Positions 39,050-52,740 are shown, counted from the whole stretch's first letter. The stretch: DNA of 63,797 bases, filler included, from Reticulomyxa filosa (GCA_000512085.1; 13 parts of 13 records of this genome joined end to end with filler, not necessarily neighbours in it); one strand, 5' to 3'. Notes: generated by a model not told the origin, from the sequence alone. Program-made: numbers and translations.

Positions 39050-39567
39050 ATGACAGAGTATCAATCAACAAGACGCATAAAATTAGTAACAATAGGTGAT
39101 GGAGCAGTGGGCAAAACCTGTTTTCTGATCACTTATGTAACAGGAAACTTTCCAGACGAATATATTCCCACCGTACTTGATCGTAACTCTATTGGTATAA
39201 TGTGGCAAGACACAACGTATCAACTTGAATTGTGGGACACCGCAGTAAGTTCAATATAAGTATATATTTTACTACATGGATTGTAGTACAATCTTCAATT
39301 TTTGCGTGTATATAATTGTTCAACCTACAACAGGGAGCAGAAGGTAACATTGGCAACACATATGTGCATTTGGAGCAATGAGTATTATTATTATTTTTTA
39401 TTTACCATTCAAATCAACTCAAACAAACAAACAAAAAGACTATGATTGTCTGCGATCGCTGCCGTATCTACAAACAGACGTATTTTTAATATGCTTTTGT
39501 ATCTCTCAAATATCATCTTTGCAAAATATAGAAGACAAATGGATTCCTGAAATTACACATTGCCCTG
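39050..39567 (+). CDS. Rho/Rac-family small GTPase, divergent and 3' truncated; exons 39050-39244, 39334-39343 (10 nt), 39439-39567
   Basis: IKLVTIGDGAVGKTC, EYIPTV, LWDTA|GAE|DYDCLRSLPYLQTDVFLICF and KWIPEITH. Confidence 0.85.
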
Positions 39568-39739
39568 GTTCTTTATTTATTTATTTATTTTTAAAAAAGT
39601 GTTTAATTATATGTACAAATATATGTGATAAAAAAAAAANNNNNNNNNNNNNNNNNNNNNNNNNNNNNNNNNNNNNNNNNNNNTTAATTAATTAANNNNN
39701 NNNNNNNNNNNNNNNNNNNNNNNNNNNNNNNNNNNNNNN

Positions 39740-40155
39740 ACAATGACAACAACAACATTGCTGATTCGGCCTTTGTCGCTGCACCTGCTGATGGCGAGGA
39801 TTTTCAGGACAGTGATAAAGTGCACGATATCATTAAAAATATTTTTCCCGATACCGATCCTTCAATAATGAGCGCTCCAATAAACTGTGAGGACGTGCAA
39901 ATGGCTGACAATAAGGATATCCCCATGTCTTTCAAAGACGAAGATAACGACACCTCAAACACAGAGTGCGGAGAACCTGCATCTAAAAAAAGAAAAATTG
40001 ACGACATTACGAATATTATTCATAATGAGCAAGATCTCAGCAAAATTGCATTCATTGTTCCTGATGAAGAATCGAAAGTTGAACCTAAAACAGAAACCAA
40101 CAACAATTCCTCTGATTGGGATTTTAGAATTGATTTGAATGATTGGAATTACTGA
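39740..40155 (+). CDS. 3' end of an unknown gene (acidic, disordered, NLS-like PASKKRK)
   Basis: Open frame from the contig start to TGA at 40155 with coding-like composition. Confidence 0.5.
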
Positions 40156-41902
40156 TTTTTGTTGTAGCAAACAAAATGAGGAAAATTCTTTTTTTTTTTT
40201 TTAGAAAGATTGTTGAAAAAGTGCAAATCATTTTTCTATCTTTTTTGGGTTTGAAAATTTGAAAAAAGATCTACGTAAAAATGCTGCGGAGATTAATTTA
40301 ATAACTTCATATTTTTCAGTCGTTGAGAGATAATTTTCTTTTTAGCATTGTGTTTTCTTACATTGTAATCTCTTTTGCGGTGCACTTACAATGAAACAAA
40401 TTTGAAAGGAGATTCCAAAGATATTTAGTCAAACTAGAAAACCATTAAAAAAATCATATAGCAATGAGATAGAGAAAAGAAATAAAAGAAAACAATAAGG
40501 AAAATGACTGCTACATAAAAAATACAACACAAAAAAACTTAACCCAATAACATGATGTTTTTCCAGACCCTCCTCTCCCAGAAAAAAAAGAGTGGAAAAA
40601 AAAGAATGTGAACAACAAGAGAGAAAAGAGAAAGAAACGAGAAGCGACAACTGATGACTGGTGAAAGCAGTTGGTTGATATCATGAGATCTTCACACTGT
40701 ACACTTCATAGTCAGTAACCTTAAATTTTTGAGCATCACACAACACCGCTGTTTTGCAATTGCATTTGTATCTATGCTTCCATTACTATTGGTATTGACA
40801 TGACTGCCAATCGTTGTGTCGCTTTTTTGCACAAATTTGGCTTGGTCCATTGTCAGACATCTGTTTTCATTGACTTTGCTATTGTTGTGATCGTTATTAT
40901 TATTATTATAGTCGCTGGCATTCATCAGTGAACACAGATCTCTCACTGTAGACAGCATCGTGATTGCTCCATTTGTCAAGTGCTTCTCCCTCTCAAGAAC
41001 TTTTAGTTCCCGTTCAACCGCATTTTAGCAAATCTTCCAATTTGTTAATTGACTGTTCACTGCTGTCATCACCAGTTGATCCCATATTCGACGTCAGATT
41101 GGCAATGGAAGCTGAAATGGAATTTGAACTTGGATTGGGATTTAAAGCTGTCTGTTTTGTTTGTTTGTTTATGTTTTGGTTCGTTTGAAAGTAGCACTTG
41201 CGCTTTCTATTTATTTATTTTTTGGTAATCTTATCAAAATCTATCTCTCACTTTCCTCCCTTCAGGAAGAAGATAGAACAAATTAATTTTCAGCACAAAT
41301 ACCCCCGGTTCGAATCGACCACATGCGGTCCATTGGCATCGACAAGGGACGACAGTTTGGTTTCTTTTTTCGCTTCAAACATATGCTTATATTTGTTCTA
41401 AGGTTTTTTTCCTAAAAAAAAGCAATGTGTCATCGTTTTCAAATCTTTTTTTTCTCCATTATTTGAGTTTCAAGCTACCAGTCAAATTTCTATTTTTGAG
41501 TTGTTGAACAATGTAAATTTGAAACACTATACTGAAAAGTTTTAGCTTCATTTTTTTGTTGCAGATATGCTGTGTCCTCAAATGTGAAATGTTTATTTAT
41601 GGACGCCAAAAAAGAAAAAAGCGTTTTATTTTGTTTATGTTTTTTTGACTAGTACAAATTTCCTCAAAATGTAGCGAATTTTTACAAATTAATGGTTTTG
41701 GAATTTATGCCCAAGTTTTTCAGGATAGAGCTTTTAAATAAACGTATTTAAAACGTTAAAAAAGCTTTGTTATTTCGGATTTGTTTTAAGGTTGAACTTT
41801 TAAACTAAAAATAATCCCTCCTAATATTACTTATTAAAAGATGAGGTATAAGCGTACATCAATATTCACCACCTTTCTCACAAAGCTCTCAACCCTTTGT
41901 GA

Positions 41903-43159
41903 ATGTCGAGTAACATCAATAATGTGGTGGTTTGTTTGTGCACTACTCGTAGTGATTTTGGTAACAAATTTGTGATTTATCCGTCACTGCATCAGTATTT
42001 CTTTGAAGAGAACGAGCAGACACCAGGACCTTCTCATTTTTTGAACACAGCAACAAATGGAGGGACGGGACCGGCGTACCCACAAAGCATAGAGAGCATC
42101 GACCTAAAGGACGAAGAGAATGTGTATCACTATTTATCTCGACGATGGCACGGCTTTGCGCCAACAGACTATGCTCATATGAAACAGATTATCGCCAGTT
42201 ATGCAAAATTTCACACCGCAATTGTCCATCACGACAGCAACAGCGGCGCAAGCACGCCATTGAAGGGCAAGTACATCATACTGCATCCCGCCGCACAAAT
42301 GTGCAATCGACTGAGAGCACACATGGGCACCATTTACCTTGGTACATATACATATATGTGTGTATGTATATATGTATATATATATATATATATTATCCAC
42401 ATAAAAGTGCAAGAAGTGCTCTTTTTTTTTTATTATTTATCTAAAAAAAAAAAAAAAAAAAGAATACCTATATTACATAAATATATATGTAATAATATAG
42501 GTATTCTTACCCGACGTATAGTGTTGATAGACATAGGAGCAGAAAATTATGCGGCGCGATTGGATGGAGTATTTAAAAACCCAGGGTTTTGTTGGGAGTA
42601 CCAGAAAATAGCGGATACGTTGAGGTCCAAGTTGGAAAAGGCGTCGACAAAGCAGCTGGCATTTCCGTACGAAACGGAGATGGGATACGAGCAGATTATA
42701 TGCAACAGATGGCTGTCCGACACCACACCGGTGTGGAACTTGAACTCGCACGCGGCATTTCTGCCTTTGATTGCGCGCAACGTCCACTTGCATGAGGAGG
42801 TAACGAAGAGGTACGCCTCTGCTGCAACATTTGATGACAACAGCAAAGAGGAACCATTTGACCTTTGGTTAGTGCAATGGTTCCCTGTCACTCCAAACAA
42901 AACCGGCTCCATTTCTCGAACTGGCGGACAAGAGCAAATGGAAATTTTGGAGGTGCTGTTGGCGAGGGCGTTATACGTAATCGATTCTCACGTGCAAAAG
43001 CGCGTGGACGAGCTCATCGCCACCACGTATGCCAACGCCGCACGTTTTTACTCACAAATCAACGTCACTCTGGAGCAAGGCGAAGTCCCTTGGGTTGTTG
43101 GTTTGCACATGAGAAGCGAGTATTTGCTGAGTATGAATTTGGAAAAAAGCCGAAGTTAA
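41903..43159 (+). CDS. GT-B fucosyltransferase-like protein (GT11/GT23/GT37-like), 3' truncated; intron ~42342-42500
   Basis: AQMCNRLRA (motif I-like GNR), LTRRIVLID and VVGLHMRSEY (HxR GDP-fucose-binding-like motif). Confidence 0.6.
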   Translation: MSSNINNVVVCLCTTRSDFGNKFVIYPSLHQYFFEENEQTPGPSHFLNTATNGGTGPAYPQSIESIDLKDEENVYHYLSRRWHGFAPTDYAHMKQIIASYAKFHTAIVHHDSNSGASTPLKGKYIILHPAAQMCNRLRAHMGTIYLGTYTYMCVCIYVYIYIYIIHIKVQEVLFFFYYLSKKKKKKRIPILHKYICNNIGILTRRIVLIDIGAENYAARLDGVFKNPGFCWEYQKIADTLRSKLEKASTKQLAFPYETEMGYEQIICNRWLSDTTPVWNLNSHAAFLPLIARNVHLHEEVTKRYASAATFDDNSKEEPFDLWLVQWFPVTPNKTGSISRTGGQEQMEILEVLLARALYVIDSHVQKRVDELIATTYANAARFYSQINVTLEQGEVPWVVGLHMRSEYLLSMNLEKSRS

Positions 43160-44512
43160 TATATGTATATATGTACATACATATATATACATATATATAT
43201 ATATATATANNNNNNNNNNNNNNNNNNNNNNNNNNNNNNNNNNNNNNNNNNNNTTAATTAATTAANNNNNNNNNNNNNNNNNNNNNNNNNNNNNNNNNNN
43301 NNNNNNNNNTTTCTTGTACTTTCCTCCCCTCCCCCCCTTTTTTTTTTTTTTTTTTTTGCGTGCGGGACAAACAAATAAAAATTGAGCTTTTTTGTTGTTG
43401 TAATGTACATATCGTGTGCACGTGCAAAAGGTATCACTAACTATCCGCACTGGTTTAACTCGTCCACAGCCTACAAAGTGAAATTTAAACCCGGTGCAGA
43501 ACCGTATGTTATTGTAAAAAGAGAAGGATTGACGCTGTTAAGCTTATCTTCCTTTTTTTTTTTTTTTTTTAAAAAAAAAAATCAAATGGGCAAAGTGCAT
43601 GTTGATACTTTGGCTGGGATTAGATATGATCCAAGGTTTCGAGGTTTGTTTCAATTTTTGTTTTTTTGTTTGCTTGCTTATTGGCTGTTGGCATCATCTC
43701 TAGTCCTTATTTTTAATTTTTTAAAAAAAAGGCTATGGAATGAATAAAATTGCGCATCTCTTGCTGCTCGGCTACGTGCGTAGATACCAGTTTTTTGTGT
43801 TGCCTGATTCATTTGTCATCACTGCACAGCATCCAGAGTCAGTCGAAAGAAAATTATGGACCAATGTGTGTACTTGTACAATATTTGGCTTATTTGTTTG
43901 TTTGAAAAGAAAAAAAGTATATGTACGTACATATGTATACGTATCAAACTTTAGCATCCACAGTGGGTTCGAGCTTTGTCAAAAACATGCGCTCGAGAAA
44001 TTAGGAGGAAAATTGGATTTGGAGCTATCACAGAATGATTTATTAATGAAACTTATGTCTACCGCTTTCTTTTTTTTGACTGATCACAAATTAAAATTTT
44101 CTATTCTGTTTTCTGTAAGAGTTTGTTTGAATACTTTTTGCTTTTTTGCTTACAATGACTTTTCCAAAAATAAAATGCGTGAATGTAGCTATTGATAATG
44201 ATATTATCTAAATACCAAAGTAGTAAAACCAGCCGAGTGTTATTTTTCTTTAAAGACAAACCCACCATCAAGATAAGATAAAGATAATATGCTTGAACAC
44301 ACCACGATCAAAATAAATCTTTATTGTGTTAAATCTGATCAAATTTTTCAATAAAATTAAACTGACATAATGCTTACATTTAAAATTGTCGATCTCTAGA
44401 CCAGTACAAGCGATTGAAAGGAAGCCCCCTTTTGGGCCTTTTTTTGACAAAAAGTAATACTAATAGGGTTTCAATAAAAAAAAATTGATTACATTCGAGG
44501 TTGCTTGTATGG

Positions 44513-46885
44513 TCAAAACGCTTCCCATACCCGAATCAGTTTATCTTCATTGCATGATACAATTGTATTACCGTCTGTCGACATATATATTCCGTTCACA
44601 TTACAAAGATATCCTTTTAGCGTTTGTATTTCAATTCCTAAGTGCATGTCCCACAGGCGAATGGTTTTATCATATGAACATGATACAATAGTTTGATAAT
44701 CAGATAAAATTGTCATGCCATTTATTACTCCTGAATGTCCTTCCAATATTTTAATCTGTGTGCCCGATGCAACATCAAATATTCGAATTTTGTGATCAGC
44801 CCAGCATGATACAATACAAAGGCCATCTGGTGAAAATTGTGCATCCGTTACGGTGCCCTTAGTACCAGTACATGTCCTTACCAATGTATACGATGTGATA
44901 TTCCATATCCTAACAGCATCAGAAGCAGTTACAATAAAGTTGCTATCTGGTGAGAAGTTTATGTTAGTTATCGAGTCAAGATGTCCTGCCAGCCTTCGCA
45001 GTTCGTTTCCGGAATTGACATCCCATATTCGAAATGTTGTGTCACTTGAACCGGAGACAAGAATTTTTCCATTTGGTGAAAATTGAATAGATGATATGCG
45101 TTTTGGATGTCCTCTCAATCTCATTAATTCTTTTCCTGAATGCACATCTAACAATTGAATTGAGCAATCTGATAGACATGCAGCAATTGTCTTTCCATCT
45201 GGTGAAAATTGAATAAGACCAGAATAGCCTATATTTCCTCTCCACATTTGAATATTATATCCTGATATCACATCCCATTGTTGAATTGTTGCATCCATAG
45301 AATATGCAACAATTTTGGTACCATCTGGTGAAAATTTTACATTCTTTACATTGTCGTCAGGTCTTTTAACCTCCCTCACTAACTTGAAGTATTTTCTCTA
45401 TTTTGATTTGATTTTTGATTTTTAATTTTTGATTTTTAATTTTTGATTTATGTTATGAAAGCCAACTAATAAACAAAAAAATAACGCTTACCAAAATATA
45501 TCGTAAGACGATTTTGTCAAAATCACGAATCCATCCTATCCGAATAGATAGTAGTCGAAGCCAACTGTCGATTATCATTTCTATCTCTTTTTTTTTCTTT
45601 TTTGGACGTTTGTTGATTATATACAAAATATTATGTTACTATAAAGTATTACTTGCAATTTCCACTTTTTTTTCTTTTTTTTTTTTGAAAAAGCCAAGTT
45701 AACTTTCAATTTGAGTGCTTCAAATGTATTTTCTTCAATATATTTTGAATTTGTTTTAATTTGTTTTATCTCCCTTTCAATAATTTCATTTTGCTTTTCT
45801 ATCTCTCTCGCTTTTTCTTCTTCTACAATCCATTGCCTTTCTGCTTCTGTTTCTTTTGTCAACAAATCGCTTATTTTTATTCTCAAATGCGTTGAGGTTG
45901 CTGCAAGTCCATTGCTTCCTCCAATAATGTGTACATGTGTGCCATCTCCATTTATCACTCCTGTACAATCTCTCAAAGATACTGACAAAATACGCTCTAA
46001 TTTTGTCCATTTCTTATCTTTCAGCGAAAACTTATATATACCATTTGAAAAATGAGATTTTTCATTCCATCCGCCAAAAAAAAAGATAAAATCATCGATA
46101 CTTACATACGCATATCTATTATATTGCTTATAAGCTATGCAAGTCAATAACTTTTCATAGCTAAAAGTATTGTTGTTTTCATTATATTCAATTGACAATC
46201 CAGTTTTTTCAGAAAATAATATCATTGTTGATTTTTGGTCCTTCGATTTCGACACAAAACAGTGGGAGGATATTAAATCACTTTCAGTTGGCAAAATGTA
46301 ATGTTTAACATATTGCAACGTATCCAAATTAAATACGTCAATGTTATTTGGGCGATAAGTAATAAATAATAAATGATTATTACTTCCACCAATCACCGCA
46401 CGCATGCCAAAATAATTATCATTATTTCTTCCAATCCAGATCGGGTTGTTTAGATTATCAGTCAAAGGTAGCCATTGATTCGAATTTTTCCTTTGTTCGA
46501 TTTTACGCACAGTGGGTTTGTTGTTAGTATCCCACACACTTGCATATTTCATTACTAATGTATGTTTGGGATAGCCACCAAACGATAACAAAGTAACTGC
46601 GTTTTCATTTTTTGCATCCACGCGTTTCACTATAGTATGTCCAGAGAATATCATTCCTTTTGGATAAGAACATATGCGTTTGTATTGCTCTTTGATTGTG
46701 TGGTAAGAATAACATTCGTTATTCTGAAAACCTCCACAAATAAGGATTTCATGTTTGTGGGCTACACATTGGGCTAGAAAAAATGGAACCGGTAAAGAGG
46801 GTAAAGTTTCAAAGGGAATTGACATGTCTTGGTTTCTATCTGGCTCTGTTTTGATGTCATATGTATCTATTGTAAAATTCAACAT
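44513..46885 (-). CDS. Intact Kelch-like + coiled coil + linker + WD40 protein; exons 46885-45704, 45596-45492, 45397-44513
   Basis: Kelch GG motifs, linker exon KKKEIEMIIDSWLRLLSIRIGWIRDFDKIVLRYIL and 7 WD40 repeats. Both introns are phase 0 GT-AG. Confidence 0.88.
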
Positions 46886-48368
46886 GGATAAGGAATTTCA
46901 ATTTTGCAAGAGTACTGCAATGGAATTATGATTATGCATATACGTTTATTTAAACGAATATCCTTAAAGTTCAGAGAGATCACGTAATGTAATATTAAAA
47001 TAATTTTGTCAGCCGGTAGGACAGTGATCAATAGCTGTCGCGAGAAATTATTTTCTGATATCCCATATGTAAGGCTGAATAGTAATTATAAATCATGTTA
47101 CCTGCCTTTCTTGATAAATTTTAGGATTTAATGTTTTTTCTTAAAAATCCTTTTCTAAAAAAATTCAGGCAAATTGATTCGATCTTGCCTAATTACAAGG
47201 GAAATGATAATTTGTTTAAGAAATAATATAACTAAAAATATATATAATATCTGGTTTTCTAGTTTCTAAGTGTTTTTTAAAAAAGACTGTGTTGAACATT
47301 TTTATTTGTTTGTAACAATAAAGTAGATAACTTAGCCAAACTCCATTTTTAAAATGCTTTGAAGTTGCTTTGCTACTGTTGTAGAAAGTGATCAGCTGCA
47401 AGGAATATAATACGAAAGGACTTTCGCTACTTGAGCAAAATTTCAGTGTACAGCAAATAAATAAAGAAATGAAAAAATGAGTAGAAAAGTAAATTGAAGA
47501 AAGCTTAAAGAAAAGAGTTTTTGTCGCTAACCAGTTAGCCTTGTTATACTTGTTAAGTTTAGCATAATTCAAGTACCCACCAACGTGGTATGAATTTTCC
47601 GCCTAGCTGGTCATATTATACGTTGTCGTGTTCGATTGTTTTTGCCCAGCAGAAAAGGATTATATGGCAATTCAAGTACATAAAAGAGCCAAAATACACC
47701 CAAAAAACTAAAGATTGAGCCACAAAGAAATTGCAAATGGAATGGCTAAAAAAAGGAGTGTCGATCAAATTTTTATTTATTCAAGAATAAACAAAATTTA
47801 AAGAAAAAGTGGCCATGATTTTCTGAACCAAAATCAAGACACAAATGAAAAACTAATAACAAATAGATGTAACATTTTCCACGATCTCGTTACAAAATAC
47901 AGAAAAAAAAACTCCAACAGCAAAAAATTATAACACATGTCAAAGGGTCAAAAGAGGTCACTGTCTTTCACTTTTCAGCGCTTTAAGGCAAGACGTTGTA
48001 TAAGATTTTTTCTTTTTTTTTTTTATGTGCGTTGTTACTCGGTTATTTGTGTCATATATAGTATATACAATGATTTTTTGGGTTTGTGTTAGATCTATTT
48101 AGGCCAAGAAAGGAGAGAGACGAAAGGACAAACCAAAAAAAAACCAAGGAAAAAAAAAATAAAGCAGAAATAAAATTAAATTGAGGGAGACGGGGAAGAA
48201 AAAAAAAAGTAGAGAAAAAAAAAGGGACTACAAGCTTTTTGTCAAAAAATTCAGTATTTCTTTTGCAGNNNNNNNNNNNNNNNNNNNNNNNNNNNNNNNN
48301 NNNNNNNNNNNNTTAATTAATTAANNNNNNNNNNNNNNNNNNNNNNNNNNNNNNNNNNNNNNNNNNNN

Positions 48369-49488
48369 GTTGTTGTTGTTGTTGTTTTGTAATTTTTTCA
48401 TCATCGTCATCTTTGCAATGTGAATCTTGCACATTGGACTTGGCTGGTCTGTCATTGGCGAACAAGTCACCCAGTAAGACTTGCAAAATTTGCCACAGGT
48501 AACAACCTAGCAAAACATGGAACATGTCATTGACTGTGGCATTTACTGTTATAATATCAGCACTATTTACGTTCTTTAATGAAAAAAGGTGTGGATGGGT
48601 CAGAAACGATCTTGTCATCACACTGAACGGGTCTTGTGTACTCATCGCATCTCTATAATCTGCATCATTGTTTTTGCCCTGATCCACCAAAGAGAATAAG
48701 AAAATCACAAGTTCGGAGGTAATCTGAAAAAAAAAAAAAAAAAAAACAAGAAACATAACAAAAGTGAATGCAGCAAGAGAAAGAGGTTCATTTGGAATAG
48801 TACTAGAGTTGGAGCCAAAGAGTGTGACCAAACGTGCCCAGCAGCTTTGATAGAGATATTCCATTCCCTTGTGAGAAAGGAAAAGCTCATTTTCTTTTGC
48901 AGTTTTCTTTTGAAGGTGATGTGTTGCGAACATTGCCCAAATGCTGGAAATAACGGTATTGTTGAGATGCAATTGCGTGGGGAGCTTGTCGTGGATCTCT
49001 TGACGAGTGAGAGTCCGAAAGCGTGCCTCCAACGCGCTGATGCTATATGACAACACATTGGACAAAAGCGAAGGAAACAACTGTGCTTTTGCTTCTTTGG
49101 GAATGTTCCAATGTTCAATCCATCCAAATTCAATGACATCACTTTCGCTTTCATTCTTATAAAAAAACAGATTGTTCAGTCGATCGATGAAAATTTGTTT
49201 TCCAAGTTCTTCCTTGTTTATCTTTGCATCGTCTTCTTGCACTTGTTCTTGTTGCTCTTGTTTCGGAAGTTGGTGCACGATTGCAGTATACGTACTCGAT
49301 GTATCGACATTGTTGCTACGACCCAAATCGGAGTTGAAACGATCCGGATATAAAAAATTTGGAGTTTGATTGAAGTAGCTCTTTGTTACTTGGATCTTTT
49401 TGTCTTCGCCATACATGCGCAATTGACTTTTTATTAGTAATGAGTTACGATCGACCATTTGCAAAGGAATTAAAAGATTGGACAGTGT
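48369..49488 (-). CDS. Internal fragment of a UBR1/PRT6-type N-degron E3 ubiquitin ligase (post-RING region)
   Basis: TLSNLLIP (end of the UBR RING), LSYSISALEARFR and QDPFSVMTRSFLTHP resemble conserved UBR C-terminal blocks as I recall them. Confidence 0.6.
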
Positions 49489-51856
49489 CTTGGAGGGGGG
49501 GGGGGGGGAAGGGGGCAAAAAAAANNNNNNNNNNNNNNNNNNNNNNNNNNNNNNNNNNNNNNNNNNNNTTAATTAATTAANNNNNNNNNNNNNNNNNNNN
49601 NNNNNNNNNNNNNNNNNNNNNNNNTTTTTTTTTTTTGTCCCTGCTGTATAACGTTACTCTTCTCTCATACTAAGACTTCCACACAATCTTTCCAAACAAA
49701 AAAACAATAAAAAAAATGGAGCACTAAACAAAGGCTTTGCACAGCAACAGCCAACAATGAGGCCACTACAAGACCAATTTTCATCTTTGCTGCAAAAACG
49801 AAGAGTAGTGATTAGAAATGCAGGCCAACAAACAATAAAAAAAAACGTTTCAGTGGCTGTTTCTCTTTTTTTTAAATTACCCTGTGATTTAAACACTAGC
49901 GGTCACTGCTTTAAAAAAAACTAGAGTAATGGACTGTAAAAGCGTAGTACAAATTTAGTGTTTTTTTTTAAGAGCTTGCAAAAACTTAACAACTTAGATC
50001 ATTGAAGTTAAAAATCTTTAAGAAATAGAATTTTCTACTTACAGCTAATTTTTCAATCCATCAAATTACTCCGCTTGCTCTTGCTCTTTGATTTTTCGTA
50101 AAAAAAAACTCATCTTTTCAGTGCACAATGAATGAAAAAACATTTTCAAAAGTATGAAACAGAGTACGAATAAACAACCGTATTATTTTAACAACCATAA
50201 CCCTTTTCTTTTTGGTAGTTTTTTTTTGAAAATCCATTTTCGAATTTTAATTAATTGTAACAAGAGATCAACACTTGATATTTGTTGTTATGAAATCGAC
50301 ATTAATGTATTTACTGTCTAAATCAGTCTTGGCACAACGAGGCGAAGATAGAAAACTGCAGACACGATCAGGTTTACTACACCTGGCCAATAGCATTGGA
50401 ATTATCTAATGTGTTAAGCATACATGAAAGCTAGCACGACCCTGATGAAGATGCTATATTGCAGATGTCGTAAAAATAGCTTTCAAAACAAAAATCAACA
50501 TTCGTATTATATCACGTATTTAATTAACTATTAAATTGGATTCGCATATGACATGTTTTGTTTGTCATCCAAATTGCTTAAACATGGTAATGTTAGTCAA
50601 TAGTTTTGTTTTGGATCATTTGATAAAACAACAAAACAATTCATTAATTTAAAAAACATAAAACTCAGATTGGAAGTATAGTATTGATCAAATTTTTACA
50701 TTTTGTTAACTGTGTGCATTTCTTTATGTCAAAAAAGACAATTGACAATATTTATTTATTTCGGCCCGAAAATCAGCTCTAACAACTATTTAGAACAAAT
50801 TCATATTTATTGACGAAACAACATTTTTTGTAGTATGAAAAAAGACAGGAGTATTGTACTAGCTATACTATCAATCCAAATGTTTTTCAACATCAAAGCA
50901 AAACAAAAAAAAGAATTCTATGCAAATATGTTTAAATATATGCACAAAATCCTTTTTTTCAAAAGAAATTGTGGGGAACAACTTTTTTCTTTTCCTTTTT
51001 TTCTTCCGTATCTTTCTTTTTTTCTTTTAACTTTTTCAAAGTGGTTGTGAACTGAATCTTGAACTTAAGGGGGAAAGTTTGTTTATGCTATTTCAAAGAA
51101 AGCTCACATGAACGATACCGAATCAAACAAAATCATATGAAATTGATTTTGTCTTTTGTTTTTTTTCATTTCATTATAAAGGGAAAAGATAACATTTCAA
51201 TTTCTCGTACAAATCACTTATGTTATTTTTTTTTAGAAGCTTTGTGCAATTTCAAGTGTTGGATTTATCGAAAAGAAAAAAACAAAAACATAGCATCAAA
51301 AAGCTGCAATTTTACAATGATAGCCCATGCGATGTGTAGTCTGTTTATTGCTTTTTTTTTTTTTTGAAAGTTTCACTTGTACCATTCTCTTCAACTCCTC
51401 ACTTGTTCACAACATTCAAGAGAGAAAGTGATGTTATCAAAAGTTGATAATTTCAAAACAAAAAAAAACAACAACCAAACAAGCAAAATAAAAACAACAA
51501 CAAAACAAAAAACAAATAAAGTATTTGAAAAAGCAAAAAATGGTTTTTTTCAGTCACTCGTTTCATCAACCCTCGTCCTTGATATTTCCCCAAACCCTTC
51601 CAGCCAGTGAAACTCAGATGCAATTCACACAAGCCACACACATACACACAATACCATAAAAAAAAAAAAAGAGTGCTTATTGCTTTTATCAACAACCCAG
51701 TCTGTTTTTTTTTTTTTTTTTTACATCAGGTAAAAAGGAAATGCAAAGAAACATTAATAAATAAACAGCCAAAAAAACAAAACAAAACAAAACAGAAAAA
51801 AAAAACGAAAAACAAAAAAAAGAGATTGGTATTGACAGTATTACGAAGAAACGAGT

Positions 51857-52740
51857 CAGACTTCACATGACAAAGGGTTAGTGTTGGAAGAGACAAACGG
51901 CTTGACCCTTGTAGTATAATGTGGACAAACATAAAGAGACAACAGTCGATGGACAGTCCAAGTCATTGCAAGTGTCGCCAATAAAATGACCGCACAGCTC
52001 AAGCCAATCCAATATATCCTTTCGGCGCATTTGACATTTCCAGGACCAGTTAATTTTTCTAATGTACATTATTACATTATATATACATAAATATATACAT
52101 ATATATTATGTACATATATGTATATATACATATATGTATGATTAAAAATTAACCAAGTAAAAAGCCGACAGTGATAAGTGCAAACAATATGACAAGTAAG
52201 AGTAGCAACAAGGACAACACGCGTACGAATAGGAGTGAGCGAAGGAGAGCAGAGTTAGATTGAGATGACAAATGAGGTGGGGATTGAAGCTGTGATTGCA
52301 GTTGCGATTGGAAGGACTGTATTTGCAGTGGTTCTTGTGTGTGGATTTGTAGTTGCGGTTGGGATTGTGTTTGCCTCTGCGTATGCGTATGCGTATGCGT
52401 ATGCGTATGCGTATGGCATGTGCGTGTGCATGTGAATATGCATGTTCGTGCCCTTGCGGTTGTGACTGTAATGACAAGTGTGTGAGAGGGTGAGTAGTGT
52501 GATTCGAAAAGGGGTCGGAAGATGGGAATGGGTTTGGCGGCAAGTGTTGCACGGCAACAGAGGACGTGTCCATAGTATAACTCCGTCCAGATGGCTGCGG
52601 GTCCGGCGCCGACCAAGCGTCAGACGCAAAGTGGATCTGTCCACTGATCGTGTTCATCTTGTGCGTCGTATTGACAAACCTCGACGCCGCCGTCGTCGTC
52701 ACTGGTACTGATTGTTGTCGAAGGTCTGCTGGATTTACTG
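51857..52740 (-). CDS. 3' part of a membrane protein (low-complexity loop, then 2 TM helices); frameshift in the (CATACG)n repeat
   Basis: TM LFVRVLSLLLLLLVILFALITVGFLL; last exon IYWIGLSCAVILLATLAMTW...SCEV*. Confidence 0.45.

Noticed and set aside
40692-41400. Coding-like minus-strand segment (also 38230-38400 on the + strand)
   Set aside because: Low complexity with stops and frameshifts and no recognisable domain; probably gene relics.
43740-44195. ORF beginning LLLLGYVRRY..LPDSF, resembling an F-box-like motif
   Set aside because: The exon structure could not be resolved and the similarity is too short to call.
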